From an uncultured Bacteroidales bacterium (lineage in GTDB: Bacteria; Bacteroidota; Bacteroidia; Bacteroidales; F082), in NCBI GenBank assembly GCA_905234645.1, contig CAJOIS010000002.1, positions 59,326 to 123,325 of the forward strand: 64,000 bases of DNA, read 5' to 3'. A program made the position numbers and the translations under genes. Each line of letters begins with the position of its first letter. Within the stretch, counting starts at the first letter, position 1. This document shows positions 20,032 through 29,417 of this stretch, piece after piece. The notes beneath the pieces were generated by a model that ran no database searches, had not been told where the DNA came from, and saw only the letters and a list, made by a program, of their open reading frames with translations.

Positions 20032-20968
20032 AGTTTTTTAATAAAAGCGACAAAAAATAACAACTCATCGGGCCAATCAAATATCTAGCGTACTTTTTCT
20101 TGCGATACTGAATGGTACGTAAACTTTTCTTTATGCCCAGCGCTTCTTTCCATTTTTTTTCATGGATAGCGTATTGCAGTCTAATATAATCAGCTCTATC
20201 CAAAAAGACTTCTTCATCATAGCCGCAATACTTTGGAAACAGTTTGTGCTTCAGGCATTGGTTTTCAGCAACATAATCATTATACCTTAGTTCTTTTTCC
20301 AGTCCCGCATGTCCATTGGAAATACCACCAATCCTATACACCGCCATGGGCAACGTCCATCTGGCGAACATTGAGTGTTTGGCCAAAATAGCTTGTAGAA
20401 CATTATCATTGCCCGCTCCAATATAGGACAAATATGGCTTGATAATGGCATTACGAAAACAAATTGTAGGTGTTCTTGTCACAGGACCTATCGCCGCATA
20501 CTCAAACACATTGCCATCAAGCACCCACCGACCTTGTTGATACGCATCATCCTTTTCTCCGTTTATGATCATTCTTCCATCTGGATTCAGTTCATTACAC
20601 GCAGCACCAACAAAACCATAATCATCGTTAGCCCTTAGAAAATCAACTTGCCGCTGCAACTTATTCTCATCAATCCAATAATCATCTCCCTCACACATCG
20701 CCACAAACTCACCTTTGCAATGCGACAGAACCTTTATATTATTCTTTGACACACCTTCGTTCATTTCGTTCAGCAGCAGAACAAACTTTGAAGGATACTG
20801 ATTATCATAATCTGATAGAATTCTCCTTGTAGAATCCGTACTACAATCATCTCCAACAACAATTTCAAAATCAAAATCGGTCTTTTGCAACAGAATCGAA
20901 TCAATGCACTGTCGAACAGTCGCTTCGCTGTTGTAAGTTAATACAGCTACCGAAACTAATGGCTTCAT
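20024..20968 (-). CDS. Glycosyltransferase family 2
   Basis: VSVAVLTYNSE..VGDDCSTD..CEGDD. The start at 20968 lies 1 nt after the glf stop. Confidence 0.85.
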   Translation of the reverse strand: MKPLVSVAVLTYNSEATVRQCIDSILLQKTDFDFEIVVGDDCSTDSTRRILSDYDNQYPSKFVLLLNEMNEGVSKNNIKVLSHCKGEFVAMCEGDDYWIDENKLQRQVDFLRANDDYGFVGAACNELNPDGRMIINGEKDDAYQQGRWVLDGNVFEYAAIGPVTRTPTICFRNAIIKPYLSYIGAGNDNVLQAILAKHSMFARWTLPMAVYRIGGISNGHAGLEKELRYNDYVAENQCLKHKLFPKYCGYDEEVFLDRADYIRLQYAIHEKKWKEALGIKKSLRTIQYRKKKYARYLIGPMSCYFLSLLLKNYG

Positions 20969-20969
20969 C

Positions 20970-22100
20970 TCAAAAATCAAATAATTCCCAGATCTCCATC
21001 ACTCGCTCAATAATCGGAGCCATGTCATAGTATTTGTACTCGGCCAAACGACCACCAAAGACAACATTCTTTTCTTCATCAGCCATAGCTTTGTATCGCT
21101 GGTACAGCTGATCGTTTTTGGCATTATTCACAGGATAGTACGGCTCCATACCAGGCTTCCATTCCGTGCTATACTCGCGAGAGACAACTGTCTTCGGACA
21201 ATCATACACCGTTTGTCCAAACATCTCAAAATGCTTGTGTTCGATGACTCTTGTATAAGGCGCTTCGCGTTCAGTATAGTTCACCACAGCGTTGCCTTGA
21301 TAGTTGGGCATATCCAACGTCTCCTGCTCAAACGATACCGTACGAAAATCCAAATGCCCAAAACGGAAGTCATAAAACTCATCAATCTGTCCTGTATAGA
21401 CTATCTTCTCAGCCAAAGCCGACAGTTCAGCACGATGAGCAAAAAAATCACAATTGATCCGAGTTTCGACACCCTCAAGCAAACCATCTATCAGCTTATT
21501 GTATCCGCCAATGGGGATACCTTGATACGAATCGTTGAAATAGTTGTTGTCGAACACAAAACGCAAAGGCAACCTGCGGATGATGAAAGCAGGCAATTCG
21601 GTGCAACTCCTGCCCCACTGTTTCTCGGTATAGCCTTTGATAAGCGCTTCATAGATATCACGTCCTACCAAACTCAACGCCTGTTCCTCTAAATTGGCTG
21701 GCTCATGACCTTGCAATGCCTTCACAGCCTCGGCGCGTTGTTCCTCAATCTTGGCCTTAGCAGCATCAGGCGTGGTCACACCCCACATCTGATAGAACGT
21801 GTTCATATTGAAAGGCAAGTTATAGAGTTTGCCTTTGTAATTCGCCACGGGGCTATTGGTATAGCGATTGAACGGAACAATGCCATTCACGAAGTCCCAG
21901 ACCTTCTTATTCGAAGTATGGAAGATGTGCGCGCCATACTTGTGCACATTGATGCCTTCTATGCTTTCGCAATAGACATTGCCGCCCAAGTGAGGACGTT
22001 TGTCGATGACCAGACATTTTTTACCCGCCTTTTTGGCAAAGTATGCAAATGTGGCGCCAAACAAGCCTGAGCCTACAATAAGATAGTCGTATGCTTTCAT
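20970..22100 (-). CDS. glf: UDP-galactopyranose mutase
   Basis: YDYLIVGSGLFGATFA FAD motif, ..HKYGAHIFHT.., and C-terminal GRLAEYKYYDM. Confidence 0.9.
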   Translation of the reverse strand: MKAYDYLIVGSGLFGATFAYFAKKAGKKCLVIDKRPHLGGNVYCESIEGINVHKYGAHIFHTSNKKVWDFVNGIVPFNRYTNSPVANYKGKLYNLPFNMNTFYQMWGVTTPDAAKAKIEEQRAEAVKALQGHEPANLEEQALSLVGRDIYEALIKGYTEKQWGRSCTELPAFIIRRLPLRFVFDNNYFNDSYQGIPIGGYNKLIDGLLEGVETRINCDFFAHRAELSALAEKIVYTGQIDEFYDFRFGHLDFRTVSFEQETLDMPNYQGNAVVNYTEREAPYTRVIEHKHFEMFGQTVYDCPKTVVSREYSTEWKPGMEPYYPVNNAKNDQLYQRYKAMADEEKNVVFGGRLAEYKYYDMAPIIERVMEIWELFDF

Positions 22101-22107
22101 TTCAAAA

Positions 22108-23073
22108 TCAATTGGAGACCTTGCTAGTGTTTCTTAGTTTCTCCAACAACCAGAACAGTCTGTAAGGAAGTGTCTTGTATCGATGATACTTCTTTGTATG
22201 GATATGATCCAAACTGCCCAACAAAACAAGCTCTCTCATATAAGTCTTACTCAAACGATAGTCGGCCACAAAAGGGATCACATTAAACATTGTCCAACGG
22301 TTATGAGCCAACACTTCATCAACATAACTATCTATTTCACCTGCAGCATGCTTTTGAACGAAACCCCTCAAATGTTCATAGTTCCTAAACATATCCGGAA
22401 TCTTTTTTGTTTGAACCGCAACATTCATCGATTGGCCATCCCTGCCCACCAAATAATTGTACACCACAAAGTCAAACGCGATATAAGTATCGGCACACAG
22501 ATGTGGGACTATATAGAGGATGGAATCGTCATAGCTCACCCCTTCCAGAAACAATGGATGCAAGGGCTTCAACAATGACGTTTTATACGTTGCGCACCAA
22601 AAATTCGACATATTACCACCAAATTCTTCTGACTTTACTGGCATCTCCACCCCTATTGTCTTTGCCAACGACACGGCAACAGTTTCTCCACTGTGTTCAT
22701 CACAAGTATTCATCGCAGTTACCACCACATCGGCATCTGTCGCACTTAGCTTTTCCAATAACAGATCCAGATTTGTCAGCCAGTCATCCGAATCCAAAAA
22801 ACGCAAATACTTTCCTGTTGCTTCCTTCAAGCCTACATTCCATGCCGACCCGTGTCCACCATTTTCCTTGTCAATCTGGCGGAAAGTTTGCGGATAGCGC
22901 TTCGCGTACTCACGGCTCATCTCAGCTGAATTATCGGGAGTGCCATCATTCACGATGATGACTTCCAATTGGTTCATCAGGTTTTCGTTCTGCAAAATCA
23001 AAGAACCTAGACATTTGTCGATGTATGGCTCGACTTTGTAGACGGGGACGACTATGGTTAGGAGTTTGTTCAT
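22108..23073 (-). CDS. Glycosyltransferase family 2 (paralogue pair A, copy 1)
   Basis: LLTIVVPVYKVEPYIDKCL..VNDGTPDNS..LDSDD. The first ~103 aa are nearly identical to 23078-24094. Confidence 0.85.
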   Translation of the reverse strand: MNKLLTIVVPVYKVEPYIDKCLGSLILQNENLMNQLEVIIVNDGTPDNSAEMSREYAKRYPQTFRQIDKENGGHGSAWNVGLKEATGKYLRFLDSDDWLTNLDLLLEKLSATDADVVVTAMNTCDEHSGETVAVSLAKTIGVEMPVKSEEFGGNMSNFWCATYKTSLLKPLHPLFLEGVSYDDSILYIVPHLCADTYIAFDFVVYNYLVGRDGQSMNVAVQTKKIPDMFRNYEHLRGFVQKHAAGEIDSYVDEVLAHNRWTMFNVIPFVADYRLSKTYMRELVLLGSLDHIHTKKYHRYKTLPYRLFWLLEKLRNTSKVSN

Positions 23074-23077
23074 TCGT

Positions 23078-24094
23078 TTATTCGCTTATCCGCTTGTTTT
23101 TTAAGTACCTCAAGTGTTCAACCCAATAAAAAAGGAAGAATGGTAGTTTCGAATACCTTTTTAGCACTGGCCTACCCATATCTCCTTTGATATAATTCTC
23201 ATACAAATGCTTTAGATTCACCTTAGCCTTATTGTATGGTAAAAAGACCTCGTACCAAAACACGAACACGGCATAATCCGCAATCAACTCATCAATGCAT
23301 TTCAACAATTCTCGAGGAACGCCTCTTTCGTCTATCTTTTGCCTTTTTGCTTCATAGTGTCTGAAACACACATCGTATGAAGAAGCCCTTCTTTGCATTT
23401 GCGAAACCGACATTGAATTGCCCGGCCTTCCCACCAAATAATTATACAACACATAATCGAATGCAACACAGGTTCTTCCTTTTACCAATGAAGCCCAGGT
23501 CAAAATATAATCATCATACATCACCTTTTCTGCAAACAAGGGCCACAAGGGTTTCAAAATCTCCGTTTTGTAAGTCACACTCCAGAAATTGACATTACTG
23601 TACTTGTTTCCCTCTTTCATCCAAATCTCCCTCGTAATCGAATATGTTTGGCAGCCATCGGAAGAATCCGACTTCCCAAAAAGGACTGGGCATGGTATGA
23701 TTAAATTATCATCAGACAAACGAACAACCTCAAAAGGATTGAACACCACATCGGCATCACAATTCCTCAAATCGAGCATCAGCCTGTCCAAATTCGACAG
23801 CCAATCATCTGAATCCAAAAAACGCAGATACTTCCCTGTTGCTTCCTTCAAACCCACATTCCAAGCAGAGCCATGGCCTCCATTCTCCTTGTCAATCTGG
23901 CGAAAAGTTTGGGGATGACGTTTCACATACTCGCGGCTCATCTCAGCCGAATTGTCGGGCGTACCATCATTAACAATGACGACCTCCAATTGATTCATCA
24001 AAGCCTCGTCCTCCAGAATTAGCGAGTCTAGACATTTATTGATGTAGGGCTCTACTTTGTATACGGGGACTACTATGGTCAGAAGTTTATCCAT
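23078..24094 (-). CDS. Glycosyltransferase family 2 (paralogue pair A, copy 2)
   Basis: Same N-terminal domain as 22108-23073, but the C-terminal half has diverged. Confidence 0.85.
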   Translation of the reverse strand: MDKLLTIVVPVYKVEPYINKCLDSLILEDEALMNQLEVVIVNDGTPDNSAEMSREYVKRHPQTFRQIDKENGGHGSAWNVGLKEATGKYLRFLDSDDWLSNLDRLMLDLRNCDADVVFNPFEVVRLSDDNLIIPCPVLFGKSDSSDGCQTYSITREIWMKEGNKYSNVNFWSVTYKTEILKPLWPLFAEKVMYDDYILTWASLVKGRTCVAFDYVLYNYLVGRPGNSMSVSQMQRRASSYDVCFRHYEAKRQKIDERGVPRELLKCIDELIADYAVFVFWYEVFLPYNKAKVNLKHLYENYIKGDMGRPVLKRYSKLPFFLFYWVEHLRYLKNKRISE

Positions 24095-24118
24095 TTTCTT
24101 ATCATTTGCTTTTTTACT

Positions 24119-25051
24119 CTAAATTTCAAAAGCATACTTATAACGTTTTGCCATGCCAAACCCAACCAATGATTTTAGCCTATTTGGAGCTATCAACCTC
24201 ATAAGCATGCCAAAAGACGAAAAACCATATCGCCTAGCTATAAATAAACATCTTATCAAATTATTCCATTCTTTGTTTGTTACACAATCCGAGATAGGCA
24301 CTAATAAGAGTTTATCAAACAACGGAATTCTATGTTTATATAAGAATCGGTTTTTTTTTGCAAACACTGCCGTCCTTATATAATAGACTTTTTTCGTATG
24401 ATTCTTGGAAACAGTTCCTGGGGAATCAGTAACACAATAAACTATTGAATGGTTGACTCCAATGCTTTTAGCATAATACCCGACCATATAAGAAAACAAT
24501 GTATCGTTATGAATGGGAATCTCGTCAAAGCGGACCTGTCTACTACTAATCAATTCTCTCCGAATGATTTTGCACCAAGGTTCGCCAAATAAAAACCTGA
24601 ATTGGAGCGATGCCTTTTGTGGATTTGTATCGTACAAGACATGCATCTGATTAAGATGATCTACACGATGTGAATGACTTGAATCATCTATCCTAATAGA
24701 TGTCGCATTAAAAAAAGTAATATCTGGAGAATCAGCTGTTATTTCATCAAGTGCTTGTTGAAAATCAGTCGTAAAAAAATCATCTGCATCTGAAAACACA
24801 ACCCATGTTCCCTTAGCATATTGCAATCCGATGTTCCTTGCATAACCACTGCCTTTTCCTTTTTTGGTCAGATAATACTCATAATTATTGCCCTTCCAAC
24901 GAGGGAAACGCTCGAAATCCACCTTGTCAGCATCACTATTGTCGTCCACCACAATAACTTGTACATCATCGCGCACAGGTATAGAATCCAAACAACGTTG
25001 CAACAAGTCGGGAATGTTTTTATGTGGGATGATGATGGAATAGTTGATCAT
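24119..25051 (-). CDS. Glycosyltransferase family 2 (paralogue pair B, copy 1)
   Basis: MINYSIIIPHKNIPDLLQRCLDSIP..VVDDNSD..SDADD. The ATG at 25051 is preferred over the TTG at 25057. Confidence 0.8.
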   Translation of the reverse strand: MINYSIIIPHKNIPDLLQRCLDSIPVRDDVQVIVVDDNSDADKVDFERFPRWKGNNYEYYLTKKGKGSGYARNIGLQYAKGTWVVFSDADDFFTTDFQQALDEITADSPDITFFNATSIRIDDSSHSHRVDHLNQMHVLYDTNPQKASLQFRFLFGEPWCKIIRRELISSRQVRFDEIPIHNDTLFSYMVGYYAKSIGVNHSIVYCVTDSPGTVSKNHTKKVYYIRTAVFAKKNRFLYKHRIPLFDKLLLVPISDCVTNKEWNNLIRCLFIARRYGFSSFGMLMRLIAPNRLKSLVGFGMAKRYKYAFEI

Positions 25052-25053
25052 TT

Positions 25054-25980
25054 TCAAAACATCGTTTTACACAACACATAAGCTGTTCTCTTGATTCGGC
25101 TCACAGGTCTGTTACTTTTGAATAGTTCTTTCATCAACCATGATTTCTTATACCCCAGTTTTCGCATACGATCGAAATTCAACATAAAAGCATTTTTATC
25201 AGAAGAAAAAAGCAATCTTAAATACTCGAAGGCAAGCTTCTCATCCACTGGATAACCATGTTCGTGCACCACCTCCTGTGCACGAAAGAAAGCATCTGTC
25301 CTGATCTGAAGTTCTCCTGGCTTTTTCATGAAATTAGAGGTAAGCGTATTGCCAGATTCCGTAATGCAATAAAGCGGCTTTTCACGCACCTCTATCTTCC
25401 CTGCATTCACCCCAATCTTTACCGCAAACAGGTTATCATTGCTATATTGTATCTCGTCAAAGCGGATGCTCTTCTCCACAACCATTTTACGATTAATCAG
25501 CCTACCGCAAATTGAGAAATAACGGCAACGCAATTCCGTCTCATCGCCATAGGCAAAATACCTATCAATAATGGCATTATAGCAATCCGCTCTCTTTGAG
25601 TATGAAATCCTATCCGACAACATCACTGCTTTGGGACGAAAATACACCATATCCGCTTCCGTATCCTTTTCCTCATCAAAAATCTCATTTGGCAATGGCA
25701 ATAAATAATCGTCAGCCCCGACAAACAGGAGCCATTTGCCTATGGCGTACCCCATCCCTACATTTTCCGCATATCCAGTTCCGCCGCTCTTTTTCGTGAA
25801 ATAACACTCGTAGTTCTTACCTTTCCACTGCGGGAAATGCCCGAAATCCACCTTGTCTGCATTGCTATTGTCGTCAACGACTATTACTTGAACGTCATCA
25901 CGAATCGGGATAGAATCCAAACAATACTGCAACAAGTCTGGAGTATTCTTGTGCGGGATTATAATGGAATAGTTTATCAT
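25054..25980 (-). CDS. Glycosyltransferase family 2 (paralogue pair B, copy 2)
   Basis: MINYSIIIPHKNTPDLLQYCLDSIP..VVDDNSN..GADD. The N-terminal ~65 aa are nearly identical to copy 1. Confidence 0.8.
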   Translation of the reverse strand: MINYSIIIPHKNTPDLLQYCLDSIPIRDDVQVIVVDDNSNADKVDFGHFPQWKGKNYECYFTKKSGGTGYAENVGMGYAIGKWLLFVGADDYLLPLPNEIFDEEKDTEADMVYFRPKAVMLSDRISYSKRADCYNAIIDRYFAYGDETELRCRYFSICGRLINRKMVVEKSIRFDEIQYSNDNLFAVKIGVNAGKIEVREKPLYCITESGNTLTSNFMKKPGELQIRTDAFFRAQEVVHEHGYPVDEKLAFEYLRLLFSSDKNAFMLNFDRMRKLGYKKSWLMKELFKSNRPVSRIKRTAYVLCKTMF

Positions 25981-26879
25981 GATCTCAAATCAAGCCATTT
26001 TCCAAAAGTAAAGTCCCACTCAATAGGATCGAATGCGTCAAACCCACCGCCTGGATAAAATGTGTATTCTCCAAAATAGATTTTTCCTTCAATATCGTAC
26101 AAATCCACCCTAACAAACGCATTGTTCACCAATGCTGCCAGTTTAGTTGCAATTGCCAACATCTCCTCAAAGTTTGCGGGTTTCGGAACCACATAATCAG
26201 TGTTCTTTCTCGTCCCCCATACAACCGGTAGCAAATTCCAATTTATATCATAACAATTTGATCTCAATTCATTGAATCTACCTTCAAAGTAGAAAACAAC
26301 CTTACATTCACCATTAAATACAAAAAACTTATAATCCCTAAGCTGGCCATCTTGTTCTGCCATGTACTTCTCCACAAAAATAGAACGTTGAATGTTTTTA
26401 CACCCCCATGGTTTCCCATTGTAATGATAGTAATTTCTATGCAAAGCCTTTTCCAACTTTTGTTTTGCTTCTTGAAAATCAAAACTATTCTTATCCGCAC
26501 AAACTATCGTACTTTTCGAGTCATGATTACATTTCAATACAAATTGATTTGGTAATTCATCAAAAGGGATATCGTCAAAACTCGAAAAGCCTCCAGCTAA
26601 AGTAGGAATTACATACTCACCGCCAAATTCCTTTGATACGAACTCTTTAACTAGTAGTTTATCTGTAAGTTGTGTATACAAAGGATTTCTATCATGTAGT
26701 TTAATCCATTGTATCTTTTCGTTGAATGACCGTGGATTTTTCAGGTGGCACGAATAGCCCACCAATTTCTTGAAGCGATAGCGTATTTCCCATGAATCAG
26801 GAATCAGATAATAGAAAAACAAGTCATGAGCACGACTCTTCAACAACCTATAATATCTTCGTGGATGAACATGCTTCAT
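25977..26879 (-). CDS. TupA-like ATP-grasp protein
   Basis: RFKKLVGYSCHLKNPRSFNEKIQWIKLHDRNPLYTQLTDKLLVKEFV is the signature I associate with ATPgrasp_TupA (teichuronopeptide-type) proteins. Confidence 0.7.
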   Translation of the reverse strand: MKHVHPRRYYRLLKSRAHDLFFYYLIPDSWEIRYRFKKLVGYSCHLKNPRSFNEKIQWIKLHDRNPLYTQLTDKLLVKEFVSKEFGGEYVIPTLAGGFSSFDDIPFDELPNQFVLKCNHDSKSTIVCADKNSFDFQEAKQKLEKALHRNYYHYNGKPWGCKNIQRSIFVEKYMAEQDGQLRDYKFFVFNGECKVVFYFEGRFNELRSNCYDINWNLLPVVWGTRKNTDYVVPKPANFEEMLAIATKLAALVNNAFVRVDLYDIEGKIYFGEYTFYPGGGFDAFDPIEWDFTFGKWLDLRS

Positions 26880-26947
26880 AGTTCTCGGTTTAATAATTCA
26901 TTACGCATCAAAACTTTCTTGATATATAAGTTTGATTCTTTGTTCCG

Positions 26948-27976
26948 TCAGAATCCTAATTTTCTATATGTCAAATCACCTAGACGGCTTGAAAGCTTCC
27001 AAACAGGAGAAAGCAGTTGATTAATCAACAAGCAAAGCAATATTACAGCCAATGACATCAGGATTAGAGTACCAACAAACAACAAATAGTTGGATATATA
27101 TGGATATATTACAGATACAATATTTCGCTGAAAACTTGTAGCCAACGGATGATTACCATGTATAAGATACACTGCAAAAATGCCTGCCGACAAACCATTC
27201 AGGGCCGACGACGTAAACGACAGATGACCTATGATCACAAAAAGCAGTACCGCGTTGATTATCAATATAGGAGAATTATACCTGAAACTCAGCCTCCATA
27301 GCAATTCTCCACCCTGTGTTTCAATTGAGTAATAATATCCAACAACAAGCATTACATTTAGTAAAGCATAGGCGACTAACAACTTCCAGACCTTAATCTT
27401 TCTCCACTGTTCAGAGTAATACGACAACATTTGGCCAAGTTGATATAAAAACAAAAAATTAATTATGTTTGTGCCTTCAACGTACAAATAGTATCTACAA
27501 AAATTCCCCAAATAAACGGAAACAATTCCAGAAATAATCAGCATATACCACTTGGCCTTAATGGAAGAGTGATCTAGAAATACGTTGATCAAAGGAGAAA
27601 AAAGATACAGCCCAACATAAGTCCTTACATACCAATATTCGGTGCGTGAAATAAACATGAGCGAGTGCATAACATCATGCCAACCACTTGCATTCCTCAC
27701 CCCAATAATTATCTCTGGCAAACTATAAATCAGCACCATCACAATCAGTTTAATAAAACCTTTTGAAGATGGTTTAATCCTAAAATACCCAGAAATGAGG
27801 ACGAAACAGACCACCCCTACATGTAGAGGCAGCCAAAGAGCCTGCAAACCATTATGCGATGGATTGTCTTGTACAAACCAACGCAGAAAATGGTATAAGA
27901 CAATGAAAAACATGGAAATCAATCGAAGCAATTCGAAGCAACTTTGACGCTCCTTATGGCTATTGACTTCATTCAT
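26948..27976 (-). CDS. Acyltransferase-3 family integral membrane O-acyltransferase
   Basis: About 10 TM segments and an N-terminal FELLRLISMFFIVLYHF motif. Confidence 0.75.
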   Translation of the reverse strand: MNEVNSHKERQSCFELLRLISMFFIVLYHFLRWFVQDNPSHNGLQALWLPLHVGVVCFVLISGYFRIKPSSKGFIKLIVMVLIYSLPEIIIGVRNASGWHDVMHSLMFISRTEYWYVRTYVGLYLFSPLINVFLDHSSIKAKWYMLIISGIVSVYLGNFCRYYLYVEGTNIINFLFLYQLGQMLSYYSEQWRKIKVWKLLVAYALLNVMLVVGYYYSIETQGGELLWRLSFRYNSPILIINAVLLFVIIGHLSFTSSALNGLSAGIFAVYLIHGNHPLATSFQRNIVSVIYPYISNYLLFVGTLILMSLAVILLCLLINQLLSPVWKLSSRLGDLTYRKLGF

Positions 27977-28040
27977 AAACTTTCGTTTGGTCTTGTACTA
28001 AAAAACAGCCGTGTATTGGTTTCGTTTTTCCATTTTCCCC

Positions 28041-28082
28041 CGCCTACGCTTCGCCTATACTTCGCCTATGGATCGCCTATGG
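28041..28082. repeat. Four phased direct repeats of TCGCCTAT (10-11 nt spacing)
   Basis: CGCCTACGCT-TCGCCTATACT-TCGCCTATGGA-TCGCCTATGG, between the hipA stop and the acyltransferase gene start. Confidence 0.6.
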
Positions 28083-28108
28083 AATGCAACCGGATTTTCG
28101 GTTTTTTG

Positions 28109-28137
28109 TCACACAGATTTCACAGATGACACGGATT
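28109..28137. repeat. Three 9-nt direct repeats (CACAGAT-type)
   Basis: TCACACAGATT-TCACAGATG-ACACGGATT. Confidence 0.5.
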
Positions 28138-28169
28138 ATTGCTGCTGCGCAGCGGGGCGGCTTACGCCG

Positions 28170-29417
28170 CTAATTGTTCTTATTAACTATAACTTGAGCT
28201 ATCCTCTCCCTCCACAAGTCGGGCACTTGTGCCTCGGCAGCAAAAGTCTTCCAGTTGCTTATCGCATGACTCACCTCCCGAACCACGCCCTCAGCCTGTG
28301 ATATATCGTTCTCCTCGGCAAAACGCAACAGGTCAGCCTCGGTGATGCCGTCCGTCTTAATACCCAACGAAAGAGAATGCCTGTTAAAATATTTCGGTCC
28401 GTCCAAATCTATCGTAAACAGCATATCATACGCGGGAGCCAAGCTCCATGTGCCTTGCTTGTCCATCAAGAAGGAAAAATTCTTGCTGTGGTCATCCACA
28501 TTGCCACCCAACACGTTAAAGACCATACGACGGTACAGCTCCCTCTGCTGTGACTCAGGGAGGCGCAAACGACGACATACCGAAAACAACTCATCGTATG
28601 AGGTGGCATCAGGATCCATCGCCGCCAAAGTTAGCACATGCACTTTTTCCCCTTTTTGACGGTCGAACCGTTCTGTGAGAAAATGCCGCTTCCCCTCAAT
28701 CGTCATCAGTCGGCTGGGCATCATTGCGATACCGGCAGCACACGCCATCTTGTAGTAGGCATATTCAACCTCTGAGAAAGGAAATTCCTTGTCATCATTG
28801 AATTTCAAGATATAGTGGACATAATCACTTGACAAATCAGCCTGTCCCGACCTGATGTCACCTTCCTCATTGATGGCAATGACCGCCTTGGCCCGCTTGC
28901 CGCCAGCCGAGGTCCCCACCCGATACAAATCCTCCAGCAATATGTCGTCACCCTCCTTAAGCAGAATCTCTTGTCTTTCTTCCTGAATGGCAAGGGCAAG
29001 GTGATACAACTCCTCCACAGGAATAGGCATATTGCCCCCTGTCAACAGTTGCGCCGGCTGGAACTCCAATGCTCCCATGCCTCGTTTCCCTATGAATGAG
29101 AGGCGGTCGAGCGGGTTGAGTTGCTGCGAATTGATATTGTTTTGTTTAGCCCAAGCCTCAAACACGCGGTTACCCCAACGGTCGGGCAATGAATCCGCCA
29201 CAAAAGGAGGTAGGCCAGCATATAGTTTATCGCCATTACCATGCCGTGGCAACAAGGCAGACGGCGATTGTATCGAGCACCACAAAGGAGCCACTTCCCA
29301 CCCCGTCTCGAGAAATTCCTTCTCAAAGACGAACGTAGAGCAGCGTTTGTGGCTATCCCACGAAAGATAACCCAACACTTTTCCCCAAAGCCATATTGCT
29401 ATTGAGTTATTTCCCAT
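28170..29417 (-). CDS. hipA: HipA-family serine/threonine kinase toxin
   Basis: N-terminal coupling domain (WLWGKVLGYLSWD) and the catalytic GNVDDHSKNFSF motif. Confidence 0.85.
   Translation of the reverse strand: MGNNSIAIWLWGKVLGYLSWDSHKRCSTFVFEKEFLETGWEVAPLWCSIQSPSALLPRHGNGDKLYAGLPPFVADSLPDRWGNRVFEAWAKQNNINSQQLNPLDRLSFIGKRGMGALEFQPAQLLTGGNMPIPVEELYHLALAIQEERQEILLKEGDDILLEDLYRVGTSAGGKRAKAVIAINEEGDIRSGQADLSSDYVHYILKFNDDKEFPFSEVEYAYYKMACAAGIAMMPSRLMTIEGKRHFLTERFDRQKGEKVHVLTLAAMDPDATSYDELFSVCRRLRLPESQQRELYRRMVFNVLGGNVDDHSKNFSFLMDKQGTWSLAPAYDMLFTIDLDGPKYFNRHSLSLGIKTDGITEADLLRFAEENDISQAEGVVREVSHAISNWKTFAAEAQVPDLWRERIAQVIVNKNN

Noticed and set aside
27977-28169. tRNA or other small RNA genes in the longer gaps (27977-28169, 30675-30873, 37803-37968, 39523-39907, 42305-42414, 43752-43863)
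   Set aside because: There is no cloverleaf-compatible sequence and no T-loop GGTTCGAATCC-type motif. The gaps are explained by repeats, hairpins and promoter boxes.
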